In this document: positions 1-14,499 of the stretch, piece by piece
How positions within the stretch are numbered: position 1 is the first letter of the stretch
Layout of the letters: every line of letters begins with the position of its first letter
Assembly (NCBI GenBank): GCA_964016885.1
Contig: OZ024742.1
Location: 49,476,001 to 49,540,000, forward strand
Direction: 5' to 3'
Source: Eledone cirrhosa
Lineage: Eukaryota
Length of the DNA: 64,000 bases
Notes under the pieces: model-generated
Seen by the model: only the letters and a program-made list of their open reading frames with translations
Told to the model about the DNA's origin: nothing
Database searches by the model: none
Program-made: the position numbers and the translations under genes

Positions 1-272
1 AATGCCATATTTCACTACAGTGGGCCTCAATTCCACCAGGAGTTATGGGTTCATACAAGTTTAGAATGAAAGTGATAAAATCAATATTTGCTGTTTCAAA
101 TTCTAATATTAGAAGATATTGTACACAAAAAATTCCTTCATCAACAGATTCATCCAATGAATAGTGACATGCATTTTAAGCCTACCAGAGCCCATTTCCC
201 CTTCAGGTTTCTTCCAGAGAAGGAGAGATAGAGAGAGGGTGATAGAAAAGCGAGAAAGTAATATGGATAAAG

Positions 273-424
273 AAACGACCTCAGTATTAGACTGGTACTT
301 TACTTATCGACCTTGAAAAGATAAACGGGGAGGTTGATTTCAACAGGGTTTGAACTCGGAGAGCTGGATCAAATACCACAAAGTATTCTATGCAACATTC
401 TAACGACTCTGCAAATTCACTCCC
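273..424 (-). mobile_element. Degraded tRNA-derived SINE, family B (Meta-domain-like body)
   Basis: Diverged match to the better copies at 42069 and 44443 (ctggtactt...atcgacc...tttgaactc). Confidence 0.65.
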
Positions 425-652
425 TGTCCCATATTGAAGAGATTTTTAAAATGATAAGATTATCTAGCAGGCTGAGTAGATAAGGCGATTAATTGAATTT
501 CTAATATTAGACTACACTGCATATTTTTGTTATTACTAATAATTTATCGCAGCTAAGTATACATATTTTAACTGCAGTGTGTAGCTACATATATAGATTT
601 ATTAACGCACATGATATTCATATCTTGAAGACATTGTCGAATTATTTATATT

Positions 653-869
653 ATTGATTTCTAATTTAGGTACAAGGCCAGCAAAATTAAAGGAAGTGTA
701 AAGTCAGTTAAATTGGCCCCAGCACATTACTGGTATTTTATTTTAACAAGTCAAGAAGGTTTGAAATAAATTAGACCTCATCAGAATTTGAACACAGAAT
801 GTAAGTTTGCAGAAAAAATACCACAATAGCATTTTATCCAATGCTTTGCCGATTCTGCTAAGCCACCAC
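653..869 (-). mobile_element. Degraded SINE, family B
   Basis: ttaggtacaaggccagcaa...ctggtattttatttt...gaatttgaac...ccaccac, collinear with the other copies. Confidence 0.7.
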
Positions 870-1587
870 ATTCGTAGAAGTAAATACTGAAAAATTTTCA
901 TCTATTCACCTTATTGAAAAAGATTCATCTTAGATGCCTGTAACATATATTATAAATCCAGTGCCTAATTAAGATGTTTAAAATATGTAATGAATTTGAT
1001 AGATAAATTAAACATATAAATAAAAATACAAACATTCATTGTGTGCAAATTATGGAAGCCCATTGATATAACTTACAAATTTAGTTCTCAGATTTAACAA
1101 TTTTCTATAAGGAACACAACTTATTGGGAATAGGAAATCATGTGAAATCACGAAGTTCCTCAGTTGAAAAAAAACCCCAAAAGCAGCAGGGCAGGTGCCC
1201 CCAGAGATTTAGTTGTATTAAAATATAATTGTTTCTGCTTTAGACACAAGGCCAGCAATTACCCAGTGCATTACTGGTACTATATATTAAAATATAATGA
1301 TGCGAAAAAAAGTTGAATGCATTTCAAGATATATCTCAAATAGATTTTTAGTCTTTCTTAACTCCGATATGAAGCTAATGAGAATGCCAGGAGAATACTG
1401 CAATCCCCTTAGCATTCTGAGTTAAGGCCAACATTTTACAATTTGAAGGCAAAGCAATTCATTGAGTTGGAAATTTGCCCATGACCACCCAGAAAGCCTA
1501 TGTTTCTCAGAACAAATTTTCACATCAGTTGTTCAACAAATCTTCACTGTAAAAGATTAACCACCATATCAAAACAGTATGAGAGTG

Positions 1588-1618
<31 letters not shown>

Positions 1619-1626
1619 ATGTGTGT

Positions 1627-1658
<32 letters not shown>

Positions 1659-1776
1659 ACATATATATTCTGTTCTATGTATAAAAATCATCACGCATGC
1701 TACACATGTATATATTTGTGTAAATATATGTATATATATGTGTGTGTCTGTATATATGTAAAAAATGTATGTATAT
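1588..1776. repeat. (TA)n/(TG)n compound microsatellite
   Basis: Directly visible; explains the YI/CV-rich ORFs. Confidence 0.95.
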
Positions 1777-1963
1777 GAATATGTTTATATGTGCTCAATA
1801 GTAAAGTAGAGAATATTATATATTTATTGTATCATGAAGATAATTATCTGTTGCTAGTCTGAGTTTAGCAGGTTGCAGTTCTGTGAATTTATCTATACAT
1901 GTTTGCAATTATATCACATCATTTTCATATGCATGCATGTGTAGCATGTATGTGTGTGAATGC

Positions 1964-2001
<38 letters not shown>

Positions 2002-2032
2002 ATGTGTATCTAATATATATATATATATATTA

Positions 2033-2307
2033 GGTGATGTGTTGTTTCCTTGAGCAAGAGACTTTATTTCACATTGCTCCAGTTTACTCAGCTGTAGAAA
2101 TGAGATGATAGGGACTGGGGTCCATATCATTCCACTGCAAAGTGGTCGTGGAGGTGCCACAACAAAAAAAGCACCCAGCACTCACTGTAAATGAGGTTGG
2201 TGTTAGGAAGGGCATCCAGCTGTAGAAATCAAGCCAGAATCAGTTCCCGTCCCACCCTTGCAAGCAGGGAAAAGTGGCCGTAAAATGATGATGATGATGA
2301 TGATGAT
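2033..2307 (+). mobile_element. 5'-truncated SINE, family A (CORE-like body, RTE-type tail ending in (TGA)n)
   Basis: Reverse complement of most of 13403-13736; starts right after a (TA)n tract and ends gtaaaatgatgatgatg. Confidence 0.9.
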
Positions 2308-3489
2308 AACATACGTCATTCAATGTCAGTTTTCTTTGTTAGCAAGAGTTGGATGGTTTGTTACAGTACAGACTGACTCAGTAATCAAACAGAGCTACTG
2401 ACCTAACGGATGGTCTAGGGGCCTACATCTTGATTACATATGTTATGTTATTGCACCCTAGTGGGTGTTCAGACAAGCTGGGGCCTACATATCATTTACA
2501 TATGTTTGTGCACTATACTGAGTGCATTCCATCATGGCTCCATATTGCTAGGAGAGGAAATGGATGCTACATGATGATGATGATGATCGTACATTTGGGA
2601 ATATATTACTATCTGTATATATTCCCACAAATATACATTTACAAATACTATAATTTATTTGAATGTGAATAAATATGCAACAATATATCTATGTGTCTTT
2701 GATGTGATAAATTATATCCTACAGCTAACACACTAAAAAATTATTTAGTATGTACACATTTACACACACACACTAAATATATTTATTCTTTCTGTTTTAC
2801 AATTAGTTTTTTTCCATGATTTCATGGGTGAGTTAGTCTATTTGTTGGAACAACTGTTTTCACAGTTGGATACCACTAACTATTTAACCATGAACTAACA
2901 GCTAAAGACTGATTTTTTTTTTGTTCTGTAGTTGTTCAGTCAGACAAATAGAAGCAAGCAGATTTAGATTTAGGTGTTTTGGAAAACACACGTAAGATTG
3001 GTAATATCTGAACAGATGATCTCAGGGTCAGTAGCCCTGTAAACATATATATAAAAACACACGCATACACACACACGTGTGTTTATATATGTGTGTGTGT
3101 GTTTATATATATGAATATATATATATATGCATACATATTATCAATAGAAAATGCATATATATATATATATATATATGCATACATATTATCAATAGAAAAT
3201 GTACATAGTTGTATAAGATGAACAGACAACTGCATATTCACCATGTCACCCACTTTCCTGGGAGTGTGGTTTTATGCATTAAGATGGTACTGCACTTGTG
3301 ATGCCTGTTTGTGCAACAGATTCAAGACCACTCCCTTGGTGTAATGCATGTGAGATGATTACAAAACATATAATGAACATGAAAGTGTACAATTCCTTCG
3401 AAGAAAGGAGATAAATATATGAAAGATTAATATATATTTTAGATAAGATGCAGACTGGCTCAATGTCAGGCAGCAGTATTTTTTATGAC

Positions 3490-4735
3490 GCAACTGCTGG
3501 AGACGTATGTAGTTAGGAATAAGCCTCTGTATCCAACATTTGTAGATCTGGAGAAGGTCTTCAACAGTGTCCCCCCAACTCTGTAATCTGGTGGGGCCAT
3601 TTAAGAAGCTCTATGTAGACAAATGGTTTCTGAGGGTTGTGAAAGACATATATAAAAGTGCAACCAGCAAGGTAAATGCTGGCAATGAGTATAGTATTGA
3701 ATTTAAAGTGCAGTTCGGGACCTACTAGTGCTCAGTCCTAAATCCACATCTGTTTATCATTGTCCTTCAGATCATCACTGAGTGGTTTTAAACTGGGACA
3801 TTCTGGGAACTCCCGTATGTTTATCTAGTTCTCATAGCTGAATCCATGGGAGATTTAGAGGCAAAATGTCAAGCTTGGAAGAAATACCTAGAGATGAAAT
3901 GCCTAAAAGTTAATTTAACAAAATTGAAAGCTTTAATAATTAGGAAAGTGTACAGGGGGCCGATACTATCATGGAAGTGGTTTGTTTTATGTCAGAAAAT
4001 GATAGACAGAAACTCCATAAGATGCATCAGAGATGTAGTGAGTTTACAGATAGGCTAATAGAAAAGATGGTCTTTGTCTATGGCAGATACACAGGAGAAG
4101 TAATCACTAAGAAAATAGCTGATGAAGCATTATCAGAAATAGATACCCTCAGTTGCCAACAAAGCTCTTTAAAAGTTGAGAACCTTTCTTGACGAGGTTA
4201 CTTAATGTGCAGTGGGAAAAGATGCTCTGAAAGTGTGATATCCAAGATAAGAACAAGCTGGAAAAAGTTTAGGGAGTTGGTAGCTCTGCTGACAACAAAT
4301 GGCTTCTCTCTTAAGAGTGAAGGATAGCCTGTATAATGCCAGTGTCAGTACTGCAATGTTATATAACAGTGAAACATGGGCTAGAAATAATTGAAGCAAA
4401 TATGCTCCAATGGATGCGTAACATTAGTGTGCATGAATGATATGGCATAAGCACACTAAGAGATAAACCTGGCATGAGAGGAATTGGATGTAGTGTGCAA
4501 GAGAGTAGACGTTGTTGGTTTAGCCATGTGATTCATATGGAGGGTGCCAGCTGTATAAAGAAATGCAGAGAAATATCAGTGGCTGGGAACCTTGGATGAG
4601 TCAGATCCAGAAATATTTAGGATATGGTAGTGAATAACGACCTTAAGAAACTGAACTTCACAATGCTAAAGTCAAAGAACTGTGAAAATTGACAACATAC
4701 AGTACTGTAGAAGCTGCACCTACCAGCATAAAATG
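3490..4735 (+). mobile_element. Heavily degraded RTE-clade LINE, RT to C-terminus
   Basis: Broken-frame matches to the 19206 copy: NKPLYPTFVDLEKVF, LFIIVLQII, LKVNLTKLK, MLYNSETWA, CSVQESRRCWFSHV; many stops and frameshifts. Confidence 0.85.
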
Positions 4736-6524
4736 TGATCTGACCTCATATCCCATTCTACTTGTACTCCCTTGTCATCATCTTCAACATCACTGCACAT
4801 TCCTACAATATCAATGCCCCCTCCCCATCACAATCAGAGTAATTTAAAGATCAATCATTGTCACATTCTTCCATACTGATTATGCCTGAAAATTAAGTTA
4901 ATAGTACATATATCTCTGGAATACTCATCCACTTAGTTGTTAATTTAACAAATAGAGCACTCAGTTCATTGAACATTTGAATATAATACTCATGCTCAAA
5001 ACGGACAGAGGATGTATAATCATCCCTGCATATATCATACTTTGACAGAAATATTGTAAATCTAATCCTTTGTAGCATTGAAGGCAACACATTTACATTA
5101 TATCCTGTTAAACCCTTAATATTCTGTAATGATTCAACAAAAAATATCCAAAAATGGGTTTGTTAATTTAAATATTCATTGTATCTATATTAGTGGACAA
5201 ACTGTTGTACAAATTTGCAATATTAGACTTTAGTTTTAATATGATTACCATAGTACTGTTTTATACTTTTCAAATATGCTTTGATAATGGGGTTTCATAT
5301 GGTTCAGGTTAAGAGCTAATTCACTGTTGGTTATTCAGCACCAAATGATTCTGATCATGACAGAGACTTTGGATGCAACCTTGGTGCAAAACTGTGCAAG
5401 AGACCAACACCTGTTGATCCTTTAGAAGCAACAGTGATATGCACCTATGTAGTAACCAGTGTTAATCGAATTCATGTTCCACAACATTACTTACACTAAT
5501 TGAAGCTAAAGGCAAGTGAAATGATTTCCTGTTCACATTAATCCCGCATTTGTACACAGGTAATTTACCTAGGTCCTTTTAAATCTTTCATCACTATTTA
5601 ATGAAATATATTGCATTTTAATAAATTAGTCAAGAATGTGAAGAGATTATTAATTATTTAAATATTTACAGGGTCAATAAAATGAAATACCAGTCAAATA
5701 CTGGCATCATTATAATTGACTTTCCCCTTCTTCCAAATTGCTGGCCTTGTGTCATGTTAGAAAGTAAAAAAATTATTACGTTGGTATTTGTAACATAACG
5801 TAAAAAAACATTCATATATATAAATATGCTGGAAGATATTAGTTTAGATAAAGCCACAGAACCCAAGGTTGTGTTCAGTAGGATGCTATTGAAAAGGTTA
5901 CTATCTTTACTTGAGCATTGGCCCTAGTTTTTGTACATCTGGTTTTGAAAATAGCATGTTATATCTATCATGATTTTATACATAACAGAAATACTCTTCT
6001 TTAAAACTATTTTGGTGTTGGAAATTCTCAAGCGTTAACTTCTCTATTATGAGTGATATAAATATATATTAGAGAAAAGAACAGAATATAAATGGTTTAT
6101 CAAAAAGGATTACCAAATCTATTTTTTGTCGATTTTTGAAAATGATTTTGAAGTTATTCAAATGGATATGTAAATGTGCATAATTTCAGAGAACATGGGA
6201 ATTTAAAATAATGTTATTCATAATGTTTGTTTGCGATATTTGTTTCAATTAATATAAACAGAAAATTCCTATGTAAATAACATATTGGGAAGTTAGATTT
6301 AGCAGCTATATTGTGTTAAATTCTGCTGAGTTATAGCAAACATAAAGGCTTAAAACATGACTATAAATTAATAAAAGATAACTGTCCTTCGTATAGACAT
6401 GGTTCATAATACAATAGAGCTGTGGCATTCCATTCTAAGTGGTTAATGAAATTATAGAAACTTATAAAGAAAATAACCTCCTTATTACGTCATTTATTGT
6501 ATAATTACCATGCTTTTTCTCATG

Positions 6525-6732
6525 ACATTAGCACTACCATTTTACAGAGTAGGCTGGGTGTTTTTATTTATCATAGCACCAGCATTACCATTTTACAGAG
6601 TGGGCTGGGTGTTTATTATCATAGCACCAGCACTACCATTTTACAGAGTAGGATGGGTCTTTTTTATCATAGCACCAGCACCTCTACTTTTCCAGATTGG
6701 GATAGGTGCATTTTATTGCAGCACCAGCACTA
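6525..6732. repeat. Minisatellite, about 50-bp unit, about 4 copies
   Basis: Unit tagcaccagcactaccattttacagagtaggctgggtgttt(t)attatca, degrading towards the 3' end. Confidence 0.9.
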
Positions 6733-8811
6733 ATCATAAGGTTTAAAACAAACATTATAGCAATGGATATTACAATGTCATTTTACATTGCATTTTTAAA
6801 TGATGATATTCTTTTGTTGTAACTGGTGATGATCAACTTCTGAAGCCTTATCAGAAATATCTGTATTTTATGGTATTCAGAGAAAAGATAATTTGAAGAA
6901 GGATTATATCATATTTGAAAGCTGGGGATTTATCTCAACTGCTCTTTTACGTAGCAGCATTAAAGAGTAGATGTTATAGAATTTCCGACAGTCATCAAAA
7001 TTACTTACTTCATGGTATGTAATCTTTAAGTTGCAAGGTGGTGGAGAAAAAAATATATACGTAAAGGGAGTTGATTCTCTATTTCAGATCTTTGAGAGGT
7101 TTGTGATAAAGGAAAAGCTAGGAGGTCAATATATTTCTGTTCATGTATATTTATCAATTCATCTTTCAAGAACACATACATTTACATATATTTTATTCAA
7201 AGCAAAATGATATAATGCATTTGCAAGGGGAAAAAAAATTTGTTTCTACTACAATTGTATTGGGAATTCTGAGGTTGTATTGTTCGAAGCTTCTCTGATC
7301 AATGTACTAGAATATATAATGTGACATAATGGGAATTGTAACAACGGTATAGACTTTCATATTGCTGTTTCCATTTATTTAATATAGAAGAATACTCATT
7401 TGAAAGAAATAATTAAATTCATAAAAATAATCTATAATATTCTTAAATGAAACATCGCACGTTGCTAGGAAAATCTGTTGTAAAATATATCCACATTATA
7501 TATCGCTATGTGTATGGTGTGTGTGTGTGTATATATATATATATTTATATATACAGGCTTACATATGTGTAAGTGTGGGTATAAATAGATATGTTTCAAG
7601 TTGTAAACATTTGTAACTGTTTAACTGTATCTGCAACCCTGTGTGTGTGCATGTATTTATATATATATATATAGGAGATTATAAATGTGCATGTACATCA
7701 TGCAGAGAGAGAACAAGAACCACAATATATATTTGAGAGCATATTTTCATAATCAGAATGCTTTGAGATTAATTCATGAATTTATATATTTCATATCAGC
7801 CAAGTTTTTTGCTTAATGCTTATAAAATATCTAACCAACCACACTCTTTCACTCACACTGAGGCACAGTCAAATACAGGCACACACACATCTAAACACAG
7901 ATTATATCTCACATACATGCACACAAACCACCCACACCTCTTTACAAACACACAGTCACAAATAGACACGAGCACACAGATGCAGGCATGGGAACAAACT
8001 CACATGCACAAAGAGGCACACACATACATATAAAATAGAAGGAAAATGTAGGTAATACTAAAGTTGGCAATTTCTTCAGAATTCGGCTATTGGTCAGATA
8101 ATATTGATCCACGTTAGTGCTAGTTTCAAGAAGTATTAGCAAGTGGAATTTGTGTTTGATTTAATAGATTGACTGACTGACAGGCAGTCAGTCATGTTGA
8201 AAATATCAAGTATTAGGATGATAGGGAGGAGGGAACGAGATCTCTGTTTGTAGGATGTATAATGTATCTTAATAATAACTTCCTTTCCTTTTAATGTGTG
8301 TATATACATATATACACACATTAAAAATAACAACAGAAGACTGGACTGGAAATTTTATAATTGTAATTCCATGAAAACAGTATAAATATTTCAATGGCCC
8401 AGCTTCTTCATTTTTGCTAAAATCTTGTTCTCTTATATAACTAATTATGCAATTAACCTCTGATAAAATTGCCTGGGTCTTGCATCATATTCAGAGAATG
8501 AAGATGGGCTATTGAAATAAGTATGGTATTTTTGCAGAATTAAAATTATAAAATACCCAGTCTGGCCTTCTGTTGTTTTTAATGAATATTTCACTCTGTT
8601 CCTGCACCAATTATTGAATGCCACATCTATGATGCATGATCTGCATTGTGTTGAGTACTTTAATTTATTGCATCATTGTTTACTAATGGGAATCACCAGT
8701 TCCACACATTATATATATATATATACATACACACAAGTGCACTCAGAATACTACCTCCTTCAATTGCCCAGACAGTTCTATAGAAATAATTGACACTTTC
8801 CATTAATTATG

Positions 8812-9620
8812 TGATAAAATCAGCAGTGGAGGAGGGTGTTCTGAAAGTACAGTAGCCAGAGTAAGAATGGGATGGAAAAAGCTCAGAGAGCTATACAGCT
8901 GTTAGCTGCAAAAGTTTCTGCCTAAAAATAAAAGGCAGATTGTATGATGCTTGTATATGAACAACAATGTTACATAGTAGTGAGACCCGGGCATGGTGTA
9001 CAGAGGACCGTCACCCATTGATTTTTAATAGTAATATACATGAACAGCAAATGAACTAAGCGAGAAACATCAGATGCAGTATACTAGAGATGAGATTGCG
9101 TTGGTATTGTCATGTGATGCATATGAAGGACAACAGCTGTATAAAAAGTACTGGGCGATCAAAATTGAATGGAGCTACGGAATAAGTAGACCCAGGAAGA
9201 CCTGGGATGAAGCGATAAAAGCTGACCTTGCACACTTGCACCTATCAAAGTCAATGGCACAGGATCGAGATCTTTGGTGTTATGCAGTAATACAGAAGAC
9301 CCACATTCCTTTGCGCACAGACTCAAAATTGCACCCAGTAGGCACCTCTTAATCTACTATGCCCCCCTTCCATACACACCCTACACTCCCCTCCCACTGC
9401 TGCACACACCACCCTTACTTTTCAAAGTTATGTTGGTATAAAAAAACATCAAGCCCTCACTGTAAATGGGGTTGGCGTTAGGAAGGACATCCAACCATAG
9501 AAACCTAGCAAGAAACAGTCCTATATGAGCAAGACTTGGTCATCTGACCTAACTTGCCTCTAATGGGACAAACCCATCTAACCCGTGCTAGCGCAGAAAA
9601 TAGATGTTAAACGATGATGA
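8812..9620 (+). mobile_element. Degraded RTE LINE 3' portion, subfamily B with long 3' UTR
   Basis: ISSGGGCSESTVARVRMGWKKLREL and RPRKTWDEAIKADLAHLHLSKSM; the 3' UTR carries ggttggcgttaggaagg and ends ttaaacgatgatga; homologous to 60379-61371. Confidence 0.85.
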
Positions 9621-10249
9621 AACCTCTGGCTATGTTGAATTAAGTTTAACTGTTAATATAAATACTCACAAATTCCACATTGTGTTGAATGTATTCACAA
9701 TTAGACATACACATTCACATATATACATACATGAGAATACGTACACACACTTACACACTCTCACACACATATACCGACTCACTCAAATATGCACATAAAC
9801 ATACATACACAAAAGTAAACACAATTTAATCCTTTGATTGAGTATTTGAATTAGAAGTGAGATAAAAAGAGAAAAAATAACAATCAACTGTTGTGTTATA
9901 TTCTATAGTTTTAGGCTTTTAATAGGATAGTGAATCATTGAGATTGATGTTAGCTCTGATCTTTGTGAGAGTGAAATAAATCGCAGATTTACTACAAAAC
10001 ATGGCCATGACAGAAACATGAATGAGTCAACTGATGTAATGTTTGAGATTTCAGCTATAAGGTCATTCACTATCTCAAGCACAATTTAATGAAAGAAGCA
10101 ATCCTGCTGTTGATTAGATGTATTATGTTTGAAATTAACTCTACATCTGGTTTACTTGATGTTATGAAACAAATTATTAATAATGATTTCTGTTCTGTAG
10201 CAAAAAGTTACATTCTTTTGAATCAAAATCAGTATTCTACTGACTGTTA

Positions 10250-10586
10250 TTTTAGTACCAAAACAAGATCCTGGAACAAAGTCGTTTATTTTATCAACCT
10301 CGAAAGGGTGAAAGACAAAATTGACCTCAATGGAGGTCAATAAAAATAAAATGAATCAAATATGACTAAACATTTATCTGATGCTCTAACAATCTGGCCA
10401 ATACACCACCTTTAATTGTTTCTACTTTTGGCACAAGGCCAGCAATTACCCAGTGTATTACTGGTACTTTATTTTATCGACCCCGTAAGGATGAAAGGTA
10501 AAGTTAACCTCGGCGGGATTTGAACTCAAACCGTAAAGGGCCGTAACTCTGTGTTTCAAAGCATGGTGTCCGACTCTCTACCGATA
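10250..10586 (-). mobile_element. Two tandem family B SINEs (one old, one younger)
   Basis: 10415-10586 closely matches 44443-44627; 10250-10410 is a degraded copy. Confidence 0.8.
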
Positions 10587-13402
10587 CTTTATCGTATACA
10601 TATAATATTGAGCTTTCACACTATTTCCGGAGAATAGTTATCACTAATAACAACCATTACAATTCAATCTCATGTACAATGATTTCTTATTTAGGTGCAA
10701 GGAAAAAAGGGGAGGGTAAAGCCAATATTTGTTGACCCCTGTACATGACTGCTATTATATTTTATTGGCTCTGGAAGGATGAAATGTGGAATTTGAATGC
10801 AGAATGCAATGAGCTGTATCAATTGCTGCAAAGAATTTTGTTTGATGCTCTAGCAATCATGACACATTACTTTGTGGCAAGTTATATCATCATTAGTATC
10901 AACCACAAGGATTCAATGTCATCTCCAATGTCAAATAGTACAATTGAATAAACATGATTGGTCCCAGGGACCCGTTTCTTGTGCAATTTTGAATGATGTA
11001 TTGCTGAATTTAATATTTTCTGCTGCATAAACATCAGGTATATTGAAGCAACTTCATTGTGCAATTATAGGGAAATATTCTGAAGACTGAAGTGAGTCAA
11101 CTGTTGAGCAATTAAATTCTCCCTTGGCAAGATAAATGTATTGTATTTGCTCCAATAAAATCTTTATGATAGATGTGATACTGCCAGGTTTTCAGTGTAG
11201 CTCACTTTACTCTATTGTTTAGCACATGCTCAGTCACTTGTATTTTCTCACAAGTCACTAACCATTTTCTCATACCTCAGTTTGATTGACAGATAAATCA
11301 TGTTGATCAACCAGTGGATTACAACATAGGGTTATATGGTTTTATTGATCATTCTCAAATGTTGTAAGATCCTTTTTGATTATATGGAAAATGAAATGTT
11401 TAATTAAAGATGATAGAATCAATAGGAAGAAATAGAAGTAAATATTTTTTTTTTTTTAAATGTATGTATTTGTGTATGTGCTCATATACAAATGTGTATA
11501 ATGTGTATGTATGTGTATATTTAGATGAGAGATTGCAATGATGGACTGAACATGAGATTAGAACGACGAATATGGATTAGGTATGTTTATAAATGTTAGA
11601 AATAATCAAATAGACATGAACTGGGGGGATTTAAAATTTGAGACAATTTGATTTGGTTTATTAAATGAAATTTGTACAAGCTTGAGTGAAAGCTAAGATA
11701 GTTGCTTCATCATATGAAAACAATATGATGAAACATAGACAGCTAGATTGAAGAATGGGAAGATAGCTGCATGCTATCATGTCTACATGTATGCATTCTT
11801 ATATCTACCCACATGTATATGCTATAATAATAAATATAACTAACTCTCAGCAGAGAAAATAAGCAAATGGTTGAAAATATTTAACAAATTTTAATGGTGT
11901 TGTTTTTATATTCATCACATTATCTTTCTAATAATTTTGCCTTAATGTTTAGTACTGGCTGTTGTTAGGGGTCAGGAACTCCATACCTCTGTGGTTAGAA
12001 TGGGACCTATTGCCACGGTTGAGAGGAGTATGCGATGGCACTTCTCCCCACCTACTATACAATGGTGCACTCTCAGGTTTAGAAAACAGTAGTAAGATAC
12101 ACTTATTCTGAAATTCCCCCTTAGCGTTATTGTGAATTAGATTGGCTATCCAGACTGTTCTGAAGCCTTATGACAAATTTACTCCCAAGTAGCAGAGCCT
12201 GGTGATGAACCTAGGTTGTAACATTAAGACATCACAACATTCTCAAAGTTGTGGTATTTCAGAAACCTATAAAATATGTGTATATCACATGTGTGTTGTA
12301 AGTTACTTCAGAGATAGAGTTAGAATGAAAATGAAAACTATAAATGCTGGAGGTATTGGGATAAATTTAGTGTTTGTAAATGTTTGCTTTGTGGGTGCTG
12401 TTTCACTCTCGATCTGTTCTAATTAAACAGACCTATCATCAAAGGTGTTACTTTTGTGACTACTGGACGTTTCTTTCATTCTGTTTCTCGAACTACTTTA
12501 TACACCATATCATTCCTTTTTTTATGACTGCAAGGTGTAATTTGAAGGAGAACTAGCTGTTATTTTTTAACAGATTTAATTATCACATAGAAGTGTACTT
12601 GTTAACATGAGTGGTTGTTTGATTTATCTGATGCTGAACATTTTTTTTTTTTTTCTTTTCATGTTTAGTAATATATTTGTCAATTAGGTTAATGAGTTTG
12701 TCTAGTTAATGTATTGATTAGTATAGTTTTGCAGACATATCTTTTGGTAATTTATAATTTATGCAGCTTTGTACTGATTGGAGAGGTCTATGATCACAGA
12801 TGTTCCAGCCGGCACTGTCTGTTTTATTTTTTATTTGTTTTCATTTATATTTGCAAGCATTGTTGAATTATAATTGTGATGGTGGTGATGATGATGATGA
12901 AAACAACAATGAGAAAGTAAAAATATGTATTTTTACAAAATCGAAATCATGTATGACCCACTCCACTCCACACTACTGTTATAACTAATAACATTACTAA
13001 TAGGTTTTGTATTGCCAAAATGCTTATTACAGATTTTCAATTCTATAAGTAGCTTGGAAATGAAACATTTCTATCTTTTGGCAAGGTACAACATGAGAAG
13101 ATGTGAAATCAGTACTTCAAGCTAACAAATCGCTCATCAATTTTATAATGCTCCTGCTAGAGAAACCTTTGAATTATAATGTAAAATCTATATAGAATAC
13201 AATATAAATGATATCTTCATAAACTATGAGGTGTTGACGATGTCATAAAACCTGAGTGTAACCAGACTCTATAGTATTCAATTGATATGAGAAAGCTCTC
13301 TTCACGAAAAGTTCCTTAGTGTATTGCCTGCCAAGTCAACTCCTAACGTCCTGTACCACATGAAACTAGATTTGCAAGCTGGTGACAGTCTATATTCGCA
13401 AT

Positions 13403-13736
13403 CATCATCATCATCATTTTACGTCCACTTTTCCCTGCTTGCAAGGGTGGGACGGGAACTGATTCTGGCTTGATTTCTACAGCTGGATGCCCTTCCTAAC
13501 ACCAACCTCATTTACAGTGAGTGCTGGGTGCTTTTTTGCCGTGGCACCTCCACGACCACTTTGCAGTGGAATGATATGGACCCCAGTCCCTATCATCTCA
13601 TTTCTACAGCTGTGTAAACTGGAGCAATGTGAAATAAAGTGTCTTGCTCAAGGAAACAACACATCACCCGGTCCTAGAATTGAACTCACAACCTTTCGAT
13701 TGCATGGCCAATGCTCTAACCACTAAGCCATGTGCC
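13403..13736 (-). mobile_element. Full-length SINE, family A
   Basis: Minus-strand tRNA-like head with A box TGGCTTAGTGG and B box GAGTTCAATTC, a CORE-like TTCCTTGAGCAAGACACTT segment and a (TGA)n tail; flanked by a tcgcaat direct repeat (13396-13402, 13737-13743) consistent with a target-site duplication. Confidence 0.92.
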
Positions 13737-14169
13737 TCGCAATAATTATATTTATAGAAAAGTTTGAAATATTTTGTGCAAACAGCCGATAATCTATATT
13801 AGCAACAATAAGGTTCATAGAAGAGATTGAATATCCCTTGGCTGTGATTAATTAAGATTCTATTGAAAATTATCTATTACTGTAAAGTTATAATAATTGC
13901 TCTCTCTAATCCTGATATATTTATTTAACACCTTTTACTCACTACCCATCTCACTCTGACAAAAATGTCTCCACAAATCAGTAGAATTTGTTTTGTACTC
14001 ACAGCATCAAATTTATTGAGCTTTACCTATTCTCAGCTAGGTTGATTTACTCAGTGAAAGTTGACTAACTTTACCAGCTATGGACATAACGAGTGACTTG
14101 TGGTAGAATATATACTACTGTTATTATCAGCAAGGGTAAGAATTGGGAAAATCCCATACAGTTTTTGTT

Positions 14170-14499
14170 ACAGCTTCATTGGATATGCAATGTAAATGTG
14201 AGAGAAAGGCAGAGCTTAGATGACCTGAGGGAGAAACTGTATTTAAGAGGAATCCGAGATTGTGTGCAAGAGAGAAGAGTTCATGAGTACAGACATGTGA
14301 TGAACATGGATGATGATCACTGGGTGAAGAAGTGCCAAGAAATCCCAGTGGTTAGAAATAGACCAAAAAAGTCCTGTGCAAAGATGCTCAGACTCACAGA
14401 GGAGATGACAAAAGAAGGCAACATGTAGAGAGATGCTGTGCTGAGAATAACCCATCCATTGAAAAACGGCTATAAAAAGGACGATGATAATGATGATGA
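14170..14499 (+). mobile_element. RTE LINE 3' end, subfamily A-like, degraded
   Basis: WICNVNVRERQSLDDLREKLYLRGIRDCVQERR...WVKKCQEIPV, ending gatgataatgatgatga. Confidence 0.85.

Noticed and set aside
3118-3201. 33-bp direct repeat beside a TA tract
   Set aside because: Ordinary slippage duplication.
4893-5162. About 90-codon stop-free minus-strand frame of non-repetitive composition
   Set aside because: No recognisable motif and only weak splice signals; cannot be separated from chance or an old transposon without a search.
6525-6732. CRISPR-like periodicity
   Set aside because: Units are contiguous with no unique spacers, there are no cas genes, and the context is eukaryotic.
13660-13736. 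tRNA gene
   Set aside because: A and B boxes are present, but there is no complete cloverleaf and the sequence runs into a SINE body; it is a SINE head.
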